Both the position numbers and the translations under genes were made by a program. From NCBI GenBank assembly GCA_963817895.1, contig CAWFQB010000001.1, positions 1,634,021 to 1,698,020 on the forward strand: a stretch of DNA of 64,000 bases. Reading direction: 5' to 3'. The notes beneath the pieces are model-generated. The model was not told the origin of the DNA and searched no databases. It worked only from the letters and a program-made list of their open reading frames with translations. The DNA comes from an uncultured Chthonomonadaceae bacterium. GTDB taxonomy: Bacteria > Armatimonadota > Chthonomonadetes > Chthonomonadales > Chthonomonadaceae. Of this stretch, positions 11,231 to 21,029 are shown piece by piece (positions within the stretch are counted from its first letter, which is position 1; each line of letters starts with the position of its first letter).

Positions 11231-11977
11231 TCAACTATCTGCATCTAGTTCTGCCATATTGAACAGGCGATAAGCGTTGTCGTAGAAAATGCGGCGGCGT
11301 TCTGTTTCGCTGCTGGTGGCATCTTTGATCATGCCTATGGCGGCGGCGGGGTCAAGATGGGGCAGGCGGCTGCCGAACAGCAGGCGGTGTGGGCCTACGT
11401 CGCGAATGGCGGCGGGGATTTTAGCGCGGTCTAAGGCGCCCGAAGTTTCCAGAAAGATGTTGGCGGAACTGTGCGCGGCGGCAATGGCCGTGCGCCAGTC
11501 CGCGCCGCCCATGCTCAGAAACACGAACTTGTGCATGTTGTACGTTTTGGCGACATGCAGGGCGGTTTCCACGCAGGCCGCGTTAGGCGTGTACAGAAAC
11601 ACGGGCTTGTGGTAACGGCGGCAAACATTGAGGAGTTCATCGGCCAGAATGGGATGCAGTGGCTCGTTCGGGTCGGAACCGGCCAGCAGCACACCCAGAA
11701 ACCGCCGACTGCCCAGCATGTCGCGCACAATCTGAATACTGGCGTCCACGCGGTTGAGATGCGCGATCAGGCAGCCGTACAGATTGGGGCTTTGCTCCAG
11801 CGTGGCTTTCAAGATGCGGTTGCCAGTCACAGGGTCTACCTGCGCGGCTCGTGACGAGAAGACAAGCGCGCGGTCAATCCCCCGGCTTTCCAGCACAGTC
11901 GTCAACTGCCCGGCATCCTGATTGATTCCCGGCAGCACGTTGCCTTCCAGATATACGTGACAGTCTATAATGGGCAT
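11231..11977 (-). CDS. Amidohydrolase-family (Amidohydro_2-like) TIM-barrel protein with degenerate metal ligands
   Basis: IIDCHVY, NIFLETSG, RLLFGSRLP, IFYDNAYRLF. Confidence 0.8.
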   Translation of the reverse strand: MPIIDCHVYLEGNVLPGINQDAGQLTTVLESRGIDRALVFSSRAAQVDPVTGNRILKATLEQSPNLYGCLIAHLNRVDASIQIVRDMLGSRRFLGVLLAGSDPNEPLHPILADELLNVCRRYHKPVFLYTPNAACVETALHVAKTYNMHKFVFLSMGGADWRTAIAAAHSSANIFLETSGALDRAKIPAAIRDVGPHRLLFGSRLPHLDPAAAIGMIKDATSSETERRRIFYDNAYRLFNMAELDADS

Positions 11978-11989
11978 GGAGAAGTCCCG

Positions 11990-12086
11990 GGGAGTAGGGA
12001 GTAGGGAGTAGGGAGTAGGAAAAGCATATTCGCGCGTACCTTCAAATGGTTTTCCTATTCCCTACTCCCTACTCCCTACTCCCTAC
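11990..12086. repeat. Inverted tandem-repeat hairpin, unit GGGAGTA / TACTCCC
   Basis: (gggagta)4 at 11990-12017 and (tactccc)~4 at 12053-12086, overlapping the stop at 12083. Confidence 0.85.
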
Positions 12087-12805
12087 ATGTTCAGTATTCG
12101 CCGCGCATTGCCGGACAACACCTGCTGTTTGTCGGCGTCGGAGAGTTCGGCGAATTGCAGGGTGTCCAGAGCGGAAACGATGGGATGGGAGGGCGCGTTG
12201 GAGCCGAACAGCAGGCGGCTCGCGCCCACCGCGTCCACAACCGCTTTGAGACATCCGGGCGCGAGCATACTCGACAGTTCCAGATGCCAGTTGGCGTGTT
12301 CGCGCAGGCCGACCAGACACTCCGCCAGCAGGCCGGGGTGCGCGTCGGCAATGATCACGGGCGCGGAGTAATCGCCCAAAACGCGCGCCAGACCGGTGAT
12401 GTCGCCGGGGCTGCAAACCCCCACAACGATTGGCAAATTGGTTTCACGCAGGTCAGACAGCAGAGCGCGGAACGGCGCGAAATCCAGCGGCCAATTCTGC
12501 GCGTCGGGGAAAAAGCGAACCAACCGGAAGCCATCCGCCTTTGCCTGTATGAGCGCGGTTTTGTCGCCGTAGTACATGGCGGGGTTGAAGGTGGCGACGG
12601 GCAGCAGGGACGGGTTTTGCGCGCAAATGTTCTTCGTGACCGCATTGCCCACAGCCGGGTCGAGCAGCCAGCCCAATGTAGACAGGGCGCAGGCCGTGCC
12701 GACGCCGTTCTGCCCCATCAATTCCAGCAGCGACTCTACGGTCAAATCGTTACTGGCAAGCGGCAGCGGCCCAAACAGCGTATTCACATCTACAATTTCG
12801 TCCAT
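12083..12805 (-). CDS. Amidohydrolase-family protein with degenerate metal ligands
   Basis: IVDVNTLFG, RLLFGSNAP, VLSGNARRIL; ATG at 12805 preferred because the longer ORF starts inside a repeat. Confidence 0.8.
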   Translation of the reverse strand: MDEIVDVNTLFGPLPLASNDLTVESLLELMGQNGVGTACALSTLGWLLDPAVGNAVTKNICAQNPSLLPVATFNPAMYYGDKTALIQAKADGFRLVRFFPDAQNWPLDFAPFRALLSDLRETNLPIVVGVCSPGDITGLARVLGDYSAPVIIADAHPGLLAECLVGLREHANWHLELSSMLAPGCLKAVVDAVGASRLLFGSNAPSHPIVSALDTLQFAELSDADKQQVLSGNARRILNM

Positions 12806-12819
12806 GCGACACTCCAATA

Positions 12820-13006
12820 CGGTTTTCACCACCAAGACACGAAGAACACCAAGAAAAACAGGAAAGAATAAGAAGCAGAATAGGTCAACTGTGGCAGTAT
12901 TCGACGGGAGTTAAGTTAATACCTGCCGTTTCGAGTTCTCTTCGTAAATTTTCTTCTCTGATTTTTGTTTTTCTTGGTGTTCTTCGCGTCTTGGTGGTGA
13001 AAACCG
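12820..13006. repeat. MITE-like element with 41-bp near-perfect terminal inverted repeats
   Basis: cggttttcaccaccaagacacgaagaacaccaagaaaaaca (12820-12860) vs its reverse complement at 12966-13006, one mismatch; no ORF inside. Confidence 0.75.
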
Positions 13007-13009
13007 GGT

Positions 13010-14551
13010 TCAGACCTTTTCATACACGGCGCGGAGGCGTTTCAGCACCCGGTCTCGGCCCATCGCTTCCAGAGTTTCGTACAATCCCGGTCCCATCGTG
13101 CGGCCTGTGGTAGCGACGCGGGTGGGATGAACAACGTCCGCGTGTTTCAATTCCAATGCTTCCACGATCTGATGCGTGGCCTGAGAAATGTTTTCGGTTG
13201 TCCAGTCGGGCAACGCTTCAAAGGCGGCGAGTTCCTTTTCCAGCATCGGTTTCAGATACGGCACGGCGAACCATTTGGCGGTCGCTTTCGGGTCGTAGCC
13301 GTTCGGGTAGTCCAAATCTTGAAAGAAGAAGCCTACCAGATCAACCACTTCCGACAGCATTTTCATGCGCTCCAGTTCGAGCGGAATCACCCGGCGCACG
13401 TAGTCCAGAACCTCGATGCGGTACTTTTCTTTGCGGGCTTCCCACTGCTTGTCGGTTTCCATCTCGTCCTGACGCGGATCGGGCGGAACCAGGCCCGCCT
13501 GTCGCAGATACGGCAGGCACAGGCCGATGATACGCCCCGGTTCGGATTGGCGGATATAATGCCCGTTCATCCAGCGCAGTTTCTCGTAATCGAACACCGC
13601 AGGGCTGTCGGCAATGCCGCCGAGTGAAAACCGCTCGATCAGTTCGGGAATGGAAAACAGTTCGCGGTTCTCATCGCCTGCCGACCAGCCGAGAAGGACA
13701 ATAAAGTTAATCAGGGCTTCCGGCAGATACCCGGCCTCCATGAACGCCTTGACCTGTGTAGAGCCATGCCGCTTGGCGAGTTTCTTCTTGTCCGTCCCGA
13801 CAATCACGGGCAGATGCGCGAACTTGGGCTTGTCCCAACCGAATACATCGTACAGATACAGCATTTTGGGCGCGGACGGCAGCCACTCCTCGCCGCGCAG
13901 AACGTGCGTGATGCCCATTAGATGGTCGTCAACCGTGCAGGCCAGAAAGTACGTGGGAAAGCCGTCCGACTTGAGCAATACCTGATCGTCCTGCAATTTG
14001 TACTCGAAGTTCACGTCGCCGCGTATCTCGTCGTACAGCAGGCAGACGCCATCAAGCGGCATGGCAAGCCGAACCACGCTCGACGGTTCCGCGCCCTCTT
14101 TTTCCAATCGCTCCAGTCGCATACGTTCACGGTTTTCAGGGTTGCGGCAGTGGCGGTCATAGCCGGTGGGCAGGTTCCGCGCCTGCTGTTGCGTTCGCAG
14201 CAAATCAAGCCGCTCTTTGGTGCAATAGCAGCGGTACGCATGGCCTTCGGCAGTTAAATTTTCCGCATGTTCCAGATAAATCGGCAAGCGTTGCGACTGC
14301 ACATACGGCCCGGACGCGCCGCCAATAAACCAGCCCTCATCCGGCATGGTTCCCGCGTAGTGAAAACTCTCCTCTAACTCGTATGTGCTTTCCGGCACAT
14401 AGCGCCCCGGCGTCCGGTCGGTATCTTCCAGCCGTACCAGAAACTGCCCGCCCTCGCGCCGGGCGAGCAGCCAGTTATAAACCGCCGTGCGCAGCCCGCC
14501 AACATGGGGCGAACCGGTAGGCGAGGGCGCGTAACGAACACGAACAGGCAT
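13010..14551 (-). CDS. gltX: Glutamate--tRNA ligase
   Basis: RVRYAPSPTG.PHVG (HIGH), RLEDTD, THVLRGEEW, KKLAKRHG (KMSKS), anticodon-binding domain. Confidence 0.97.
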   Translation of the reverse strand: MPVRVRYAPSPTGSPHVGGLRTAVYNWLLARREGGQFLVRLEDTDRTPGRYVPESTYELEESFHYAGTMPDEGWFIGGASGPYVQSQRLPIYLEHAENLTAEGHAYRCYCTKERLDLLRTQQQARNLPTGYDRHCRNPENRERMRLERLEKEGAEPSSVVRLAMPLDGVCLLYDEIRGDVNFEYKLQDDQVLLKSDGFPTYFLACTVDDHLMGITHVLRGEEWLPSAPKMLYLYDVFGWDKPKFAHLPVIVGTDKKKLAKRHGSTQVKAFMEAGYLPEALINFIVLLGWSAGDENRELFSIPELIERFSLGGIADSPAVFDYEKLRWMNGHYIRQSEPGRIIGLCLPYLRQAGLVPPDPRQDEMETDKQWEARKEKYRIEVLDYVRRVIPLELERMKMLSEVVDLVGFFFQDLDYPNGYDPKATAKWFAVPYLKPMLEKELAAFEALPDWTTENISQATHQIVEALELKHADVVHPTRVATTGRTMGPGLYETLEAMGRDRVLKRLRAVYEKV

Positions 14552-14696
14552 AACAAACCTCCAACCAAAAGAATACAGGATAATCTATTATGACATAGAC
14601 AGGGGAGAAGTTGAAAACGTTCGCAATCTCTGACGCCATAACGCCGTTTGAAGCTTCTCATCAGGAAACTCCAAACGGCGCAGAGGTTAGCGCATA

Positions 14697-15578
14697 TCAG
14701 GTACATTCCATATCCATGCCGATTTTGCTGAAATCGCCCTGTTCCAATGCTGTTGGCGTAATCCAAAAGTACCCTCGCCCACCTGCTTGCCAGTAGATGT
14801 TATGGATATTCGGTAAGTCTCGCTCCGAGTCGAGTTGCAGCAGCAATCGCAGGGAACCGCCCTCGGACGGAAAGCCGCCCTGTACATGTTGCGCGTGTCC
14901 AAGCAGTCGGTGTATGGGTTCATTCTGAAATGAGAAGCCCCCAAGAGATAAGAAGCCGCCAAGCAGTCCGAGCAACTCGTAGTAGGCGTCTTCCTCTTCT
15001 ACAGTCAAGGCCAGATTGCTTGTATAACCGGTATCCAGTTCGGGCAGAGTGAGTTCACGATGAAACCAGAGTTGATAAGCCGCAAACGGGTAGGCATACG
15101 CCCCGCAAATATCGTCGCGCAGATGTTCCGGCACTGGGTTTGGCGGCTGTGTTCGTTGTAGCGTAGATACGTCGGCATTGGAATGCAGGATACGCCAGTG
15201 CGCCGGTTCTTCGTCTCCATCCCCCATCAACGCGCATATCCATGTCGCGCAAAACACGTACAACATGCCGGTTTTCGGCAAAATGCCCTCCGGGTCGTGC
15301 CGCGCCATCTCCTGCATATTGAACTGCGCTAGAAAGCCAGGCGACTCGATCATGCCTTCTGTTTCGCCGTACTCGTTGACATACTCCGGCCACGCGACAT
15401 CAGGCGGCAGGTCAGGCAATCCGCCGAATTTGGACGCGCCAATCGGCAGTTCGCTGTCTTCGGTCAGGCGGGTACGAATACGAATCGAGTCGAGGGCAAT
15501 ACGCGCTATTTTGTCGGCAACCGCCGACAATCCCAACCGGCAAGCCTCTTCCCGTAGTTGGTCAACATTTGAGATCAC
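14697..15578 (-). CDS. YwqG / DUF1963 family protein
   Basis: SKFGGLPDLP...WP, FLAQFN, LPKTGMLYVF, HRLLGHA..VQ, LLLQLDS, GRGYFWI. Confidence 0.85.
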   Translation of the reverse strand: MISNVDQLREEACRLGLSAVADKIARIALDSIRIRTRLTEDSELPIGASKFGGLPDLPPDVAWPEYVNEYGETEGMIESPGFLAQFNMQEMARHDPEGILPKTGMLYVFCATWICALMGDGDEEPAHWRILHSNADVSTLQRTQPPNPVPEHLRDDICGAYAYPFAAYQLWFHRELTLPELDTGYTSNLALTVEEEDAYYELLGLLGGFLSLGGFSFQNEPIHRLLGHAQHVQGGFPSEGGSLRLLLQLDSERDLPNIHNIYWQAGGRGYFWITPTALEQGDFSKIGMDMECT

Positions 15579-15635
15579 GAATTATCCAATGCCAGAGAAG
15601 CGCATGTTCCATACAGATGTTCCGCATCGGGTAAA

Positions 15636-16097
15636 TCACAGCACTTCGAGGGGAATATAGCAGGTTGAATTGCCGCCCAACTCTTTTTCGAGGTCGCGGA
15701 CAAAATCGCTGACTTTCAGGCCCAGATTGATGCAGCCCGCGCTGCCGATGTGGCTTCCGCCGTGAATGAAGAAGCCGCCGCGCCCGCTCGTGCCAGTAGC
15801 GGGAAAGGGGTGTATGGTGATGCGGTACATGCCCCATCCCGAATCGTTGCAACTGGAACCCTGCGCCTGCATTATCATGGAACGCAGGGGGTTGCAGTGC
15901 CAGAGTTGGTCGGGCTGAATCCAGTAGCGGCCTCGTGGAATCGCCTCATATTTGCCCGCGCGCCCCAACTCGCCATGATAGCTGTAGGTTCTATCCCCGG
16001 CCCGCATGGTGAGTACGCCCAGCGCGAACCGAAGCGTGATCTGCCCACAAGAGGACGTATTAGGGTTGCCGCGCTCCTGAGAGTAGTCTTGCGCCAT
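15636..16097 (-). CDS. Tlde1 / DUF2778 L,D-transpeptidase-like protein
   Basis: IPRGRYWI, GRGGFFIHGG...GSAGCI (His...Cys catalytic motif). Confidence 0.8.
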   Translation of the reverse strand: MAQDYSQERGNPNTSSCGQITLRFALGVLTMRAGDRTYSYHGELGRAGKYEAIPRGRYWIQPDQLWHCNPLRSMIMQAQGSSCNDSGWGMYRITIHPFPATGTSGRGGFFIHGGSHIGSAGCINLGLKVSDFVRDLEKELGGNSTCYIPLEVL

Positions 16098-16129
16098 GAC
16101 GGTTTTTCCTCACCACTCTGTCAATACAA

Positions 16130-16188
16130 TAAGGGAAAAGGGAAGAGGTGAGATTAGCACGTACTTTTCCCTCTTCCCTTTTCCCTTA
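16130..16188. repeat. Inverted tandem-repeat hairpin, unit AAGGGAA / TTCCCTT
   Basis: taagggaaaagggaagagg and its perfect complement cctcttcccttttccctta, overlapping the stop at 16186. Confidence 0.8.
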
Positions 16189-18030
16189 CTTCGCGATGAA
16201 TTTGCGCTTGCTCTTGTCGAAGCCCTGAATCAGTTTCTTGGTGTCGAAGACCCAAGCGCCGCCGCGCTGCGTGAAGCAGTGGTATTCGGACAGGATGGAG
16301 GCCACCATGCGCCGGGGGGTGCGGCGGACGACGTTCACTTCCGTCAGCAGCGTGATGAACTCGATGCCCTTGCGGTAGTGTTCCATGATCTCGCGCATCA
16401 CGTCGAACGTGGAAATGTCATCTGTTTCCGCCCGCTCCTGCAATTCCAGCAGTTCGTTGATGCGATTGCGGCTGATAAACATCGTCGGCTCGGATTCGTC
16501 GTTGTAGTTGACGATGTAGCGGTCGCCCGCCTGCCGCTCCAGCGTGAACGTCGCGCCCGAATCGATGGGAATAGACTGGAACCAGTCGAGCAGGCCGTAC
16601 ATCAGGCGCGTCTCGTTGTTGACCCAGACCTGCGCCTTCTGGCTGCCGGGCAGGGAAAACTCGGTTTCCAGAATCGTCGGTTCCGGCGGGAAGAACCCGG
16701 ACGGGAACTGGCACAGGGGCAGGGTTCCGATCTGCTTGTGATGGTACTTAATCACGGCGCGGGCGTTGGACGGCGGGTTCATGTCGGGACTCGGAACGGG
16801 TTCCTCATCCAATACGTCCTGCGCCAGCGGGTTCAGGATTTCGCGCTCAAGTCCGCCATTGAAACCGTCGTCTTCCAAGCGCACATCCACAAGGTTGCCG
16901 TCCTCGTCCCGATAATTGTCTTCGGGAATGTCGAGCAGACCTGGGACGCTGAACACGTAGCCCGGAACGGTTCCCTGCGGGCGGAAACGCTCTCCCCCCG
17001 CCCACATCACGCGCTCATCCTGCGACAGCGCCTGAATAATCGTGCGCAGGTCTTCCTCATACGTGCGGTCGTCCGGCGTGATTTCAAACTGGTCGGAAAG
17101 CAGGCGACTGGCAAACACGGTATCGTCGCTGTCCACAACCGATTGCACCAGTTTCGCCAGAGATTCCTCGCTCAATGCCAGCGGCTGCGCGGCTTCCTGC
17201 GCGATCTTCTCGGCGTCGTCGCTCACTTCCTGCTCGGCCAGTTTGGGAAAATGCTTCGTCAGTTTTTGCGCCAGTTGCGGGCCAATCCAGGTTCCGTCGG
17301 AAAGCGCGACCGCGCCGCTGTCCAGAAACAGATTCGAGTACAGCCGTTGGGCATCGAACGTTTCATGGTTCAGATGGTAGGCCAGAAACTGCAGGGCTTT
17401 ATTTTTAATCGGGACGCTGACATTGTCCAGAAAAGCGGTCATGTTTTCGGAGCGCAGACTGTCCAATCCGGCTTCGCGGGCGGCTTCCACATACGGAAAC
17501 ACGTCCTCATCTTCCAGAAAGTTGTCGAACAGAACCTCATCCTCGTCATCGTCATCCGTGTTGAGCAGCCATTCGGCGGGCGCAACGTACTCATCGGCGA
17601 TCAGGAAAAATCGCTGCCGGTTCAACACCAGTCGTGACAGCATCTCCTCATACACTTCGGCGGGACGGTCATAAATGGTTCCCAGTTCGCGCGCCAGTTC
17701 CATGATGCGGATGGGCTGGCCGAAGGCGTTGAGGACGCGGTGAATGTTGCGGTCAACGGTGTTGTTGACATCCAGATAGCGCGTCCAGATCGTCCATTTG
17801 CGATCCACAGCGGTCATGCTGACAGTGGTTGCCAGCACGACGCGCGCCAGTTTCATATCCACATCGGGATGGTCAACCGCTTTGGCGACTTCGGACGCTT
17901 TCAGGGGTTCGCCCGTTTCAATCAGGGCTTTATACACAAGATCGCCGGCATAGCGGGCGGCCAATGTCTCTTCGGTTGGCGGGGTCTGAGGTTTTGCGGG
18001 TGCAGCCGTTGCCACGATGTCTTCTCCCAT
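16186..18030 (-). CDS. Acidic hypothetical protein (~610 aa)
   Basis: Long ORF (track 16186..18213) with host-like codon usage; start probably ATG 18030 or GTG ~18015. Confidence 0.8.
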   Translation of the reverse strand: MGEDIVATAAPAKPQTPPTEETLAARYAGDLVYKALIETGEPLKASEVAKAVDHPDVDMKLARVVLATTVSMTAVDRKWTIWTRYLDVNNTVDRNIHRVLNAFGQPIRIMELARELGTIYDRPAEVYEEMLSRLVLNRQRFFLIADEYVAPAEWLLNTDDDDEDEVLFDNFLEDEDVFPYVEAAREAGLDSLRSENMTAFLDNVSVPIKNKALQFLAYHLNHETFDAQRLYSNLFLDSGAVALSDGTWIGPQLAQKLTKHFPKLAEQEVSDDAEKIAQEAAQPLALSEESLAKLVQSVVDSDDTVFASRLLSDQFEITPDDRTYEEDLRTIIQALSQDERVMWAGGERFRPQGTVPGYVFSVPGLLDIPEDNYRDEDGNLVDVRLEDDGFNGGLEREILNPLAQDVLDEEPVPSPDMNPPSNARAVIKYHHKQIGTLPLCQFPSGFFPPEPTILETEFSLPGSQKAQVWVNNETRLMYGLLDWFQSIPIDSGATFTLERQAGDRYIVNYNDESEPTMFISRNRINELLELQERAETDDISTFDVMREIMEHYRKGIEFITLLTEVNVVRRTPRRMVASILSEYHCFTQRGGAWVFDTKKLIQGFDKSKRKFIAK

Positions 18031-18437
18031 GCAAGATCGAATTTCCACGCTGCTTATCAGTAACTTGAAGCGGCGATAGCGCAACTTGAAGCAGCGATAG
18101 CGCGAGGACAGCGCATCAGCGAAAGGGAAATCCGAGGTCAAAATGTCGCGCAAAAACGGCGCGCGCAACATTGGAGCGCGCCGCCGCCTGTACAACCCGT
18201 TATTATACCCCAAAACAGGCCGAAAACAAAACCGCGATTCGACAGACTTCTAACGTTCGCATGACCACGACGCTAAATCAACCGGGACGCGGTAAATTCT
18301 AAAAAACAGGTATCTCAATATGAGAAATTCTCATATTCGCGCGCACTTCTGCGCTTTCCCAGAACGTTTATAAGAGTGTAGGACGCTGAACTCCTACAGT
18401 CCGTTCTCATATTCTGTTGCAGTGCGCGCAACAAACG

Positions 18438-18470
18438 CCCGTGATTGAAATTCAATCACGGGTACTTTTC
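18438..18470 (+). terminator. Intrinsic terminator-like hairpin in a divergent intergenic region
   Basis: cccgtgattgaa-a-ttcaatcacggg followed by tacttttc. Confidence 0.55.
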
Positions 18471-18627
18471 GTTTGCTTTAGCTTGCTTTTAAGAGCGATT
18501 GCAAACTATGTTCGCCTGCCTGCGCGAAAACCATGATAACTCTCCTCATTATGGGCGGTCTTCCTGAATACCTGACATTGCTTTGAAACCGCATTGTTTT
18601 TGAATTTTCTCGAAAGACCTCGCCGCC

Positions 18628-19563
18628 GTGAGCATCTATTCGATTCCGTCACCCTTCGGGACTGCGACACTTTACCCATCGCTGCCTGTTTCCGCGCCCT
18701 TCCGCGCTCTTCCGCCGCCGCTCATCATTATCGGGATGCCCCGCTCCGGCATAAGCCTGATGGGAGCAATACTGCACAATCTTGGCGTTTACATGGACCC
18801 GGCTATGGGCGTTCCCGCCCCCGATAACAAACTGGCGCAGCCTGACGCCCTGAAGCGCAGCAGCGGGTATGGGGAAGCCATCCCCTTCCGGCTGTTGAAC
18901 GAGGCTGTTTTGCGGTCGGCGGGCGCGGTATGGCACGATGTCTTGCCCTTTCTGGCCCATCGGGACGCGCCGGGTTTCGCGGCTCGCAACACGCTGCGCA
19001 TGGAACTTGCCACCTACGGCAGCCTGATTCAGCAGTACCTTGCCCCTTTTCCGCGTGGCTACAAAGGCGCGTGGGGCTGGAAAGACCCCCGCAACAGCCT
19101 GACACTGCCCTACTGGCTCCGCCTGTTCCCCGACGCGCGCATTTTGCACGTTCGCCGTGACGAAGAGGCCATCGCGCGCAGCCTGATGCGCCGCGCCGAA
19201 GCGACGGCAGCGCAAAACCTACCATTGCCAACGCCTGCCACTCGCGTGTGGAACGCCGTCAATCACCCGGACAAAGCGTTGCGCGGCATAGCCCGTCGCC
19301 TGAACCCGGCAGCCATCCCGTTGTCTACCGCCTTCGATGTTTCCAAACGCGAGGACTGCCTGCGCCTGACGGACATATATGTGGCGGAGTGTCTGCGCTA
19401 TCAGGAGCATCCGGGCGGCTATCTGGAAGTAGAGTATGAACAGATATTGAGCGATCCCGCCGCAATGGTTCAACGATTGTCCGATTTCGCGGGTGTCGCT
19501 CCCTCCGACGAGCAGAAGCAACGCGCCGCCGCATTCGTCACGCAGAACGGCGCGCGGGGCTGA
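18628..19563 (+). CDS. Sulfotransferase-family protein
   Basis: IIIGMPRSG.S (5'-PSB-like loop), WGWKDPRNSLTLPYW, EVEYEQILSDP. Confidence 0.85.
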   Translation: MSIYSIPSPFGTATLYPSLPVSAPFRALPPPLIIIGMPRSGISLMGAILHNLGVYMDPAMGVPAPDNKLAQPDALKRSSGYGEAIPFRLLNEAVLRSAGAVWHDVLPFLAHRDAPGFAARNTLRMELATYGSLIQQYLAPFPRGYKGAWGWKDPRNSLTLPYWLRLFPDARILHVRRDEEAIARSLMRRAEATAAQNLPLPTPATRVWNAVNHPDKALRGIARRLNPAAIPLSTAFDVSKREDCLRLTDIYVAECLRYQEHPGGYLEVEYEQILSDPAAMVQRLSDFAGVAPSDEQKQRAAAFVTQNGARG

Positions 19564-19679
19564 CAGCGATATTCACTTCAATGCCCCTCGCCCGTATCGG
19601 CTACTGAAACGGCAATAGCCCTCAATGGATGGCGTCCGCAGGTGGATGCCATCCATTGAGGGCTATTTTCGGGAACGGT

Positions 19680-20783
19680 TTATTTGCCAACCTGTAGGAT
19701 GGAGAACGAACCCGGCAGCATGGCGCGGCGTCCGCCGCGTCCGCCCTGTCCGCCCGCCGGGGCCGCCGCGCCCGCTGCGGGGGCAGGCGCCGCTTCGTAT
19801 TCAGCGGCAATCAGGAAGATTTTGCCTGTTTTGCTGTCAAACGTCAGCGTTTTGGCTCCGGTCATGGTTTTGAGGGTTTGTTCCACCGCGAACGTTGTCG
19901 GCGAGTTTTCCTTGATTACCGTCAGCGTCCCATCGCCCTGCGAACTGAAACATTCCAGCGTTTTGGGATTGAAGACCGCGCCATCGCAGCCCCGGCCAAT
20001 CGGCACATCGCCCAGATACTTGCCGTCGTTAGCGTCCAGCATCACCATCACCTGCGGCGCGCGGCAGGCCACGAAAAGGACATGGTTTTTGGCGTCCAGC
20101 GCCAGCCCCGCGTTGCCGCCGCCCTTACCGTTGAGGCTGTAGTTGGCGGTCACTTTCATGGTTTTGGCGTCAATTACCGCTACGCTGTCTTTGTCTTCAA
20201 TGTCCACGTAGATGTGGCCCTTGTTGTCCGTCGCGGCCTGTTCGGGCGCGCCGCCCAGATCAATCGTGCCGAGGACAGCCCCGTCCGCCGCGTCCAGAAC
20301 GGTGGCGTTGGGCGCGCTGTGGCTGAAAATATAAACGCGATGGTTGAAGGCATCCGCCAGAATACCGTCCGGCCGGCCCTCGACGGGAATGTTTTTGATG
20401 GGCGCCAGTGTTTTGGTATCCCACATCGCGACGGGCTTGCTGGACGCGAAGCCGTGATGCGACTGCGCGTCCGAAGCCGCGCCCCGCGCATTGGTCATCG
20501 GAATTTCGCCGACGGATTCCAGCGTGTCGAGATTAAAAGCGGAGACGCGGGGCGAGGGACCGGAGCGGGCAACGTACAACCGCCGTCCGTCCGCATCCGC
20601 GTACACATAATCGAAACCGCCCTCGCCGCCCACTTTGGCGGTCTTCTGCACATGGTAAGGCCCGTCGGCAGGGGCCGTCTTGACGGGTTCGGCAGGCGTC
20701 TGCTGCGCCAGTCCGTGAGCCGCGAAAAGGGCGAACCCGGCTGCCAGTGTGGGGAAAATAAGTCGCATGGTTGATACCTCCAC
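19680..20783 (-). CDS. Secreted YncE/YVTN-like beta-propeller protein
   Basis: Signal peptide; GGEGGFDY..AD...RRLYV; repeated propeller blades; GAKTLTFD.KTGKIFL. Confidence 0.8.
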   Translation of the reverse strand: MEVSTMRLIFPTLAAGFALFAAHGLAQQTPAEPVKTAPADGPYHVQKTAKVGGEGGFDYVYADADGRRLYVARSGPSPRVSAFNLDTLESVGEIPMTNARGAASDAQSHHGFASSKPVAMWDTKTLAPIKNIPVEGRPDGILADAFNHRVYIFSHSAPNATVLDAADGAVLGTIDLGGAPEQAATDNKGHIYVDIEDKDSVAVIDAKTMKVTANYSLNGKGGGNAGLALDAKNHVLFVACRAPQVMVMLDANDGKYLGDVPIGRGCDGAVFNPKTLECFSSQGDGTLTVIKENSPTTFAVEQTLKTMTGAKTLTFDSKTGKIFLIAAEYEAAPAPAAGAAAPAGGQGGRGGRRAMLPGSFSILQVGK

Positions 20784-21029
20784 TAATCAATAATCGTTGA
20801 AGCGAGAATACAAGGGAAACTCGCGCCCTTACTCAAGGACGCGAAACAGGAATGGCAAAAGTCGCGTAAGGCAATTAACCTGGCGGCAACAAACTTTTCG
20901 CATTTGTTCTACGACTATAGACTGTTGGGGTTTGTATTTGTTAGCACTGTTTTGTGTTGCAGCCCTGAACAACACCTGACTCTCATGCTCTTTGCAGGAG
21001 AGCAGAGGACAAAAGATTAATACTCCGTT

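Noticed and set aside
16096..17637. 513-aa plus-strand ORF
   Set aside because: Antisense shadow of the minus-strand gene; no motifs. The same applies to 19878..20774, 31739..32698, 39669..40643, 53006..54493 and 61827..63167.
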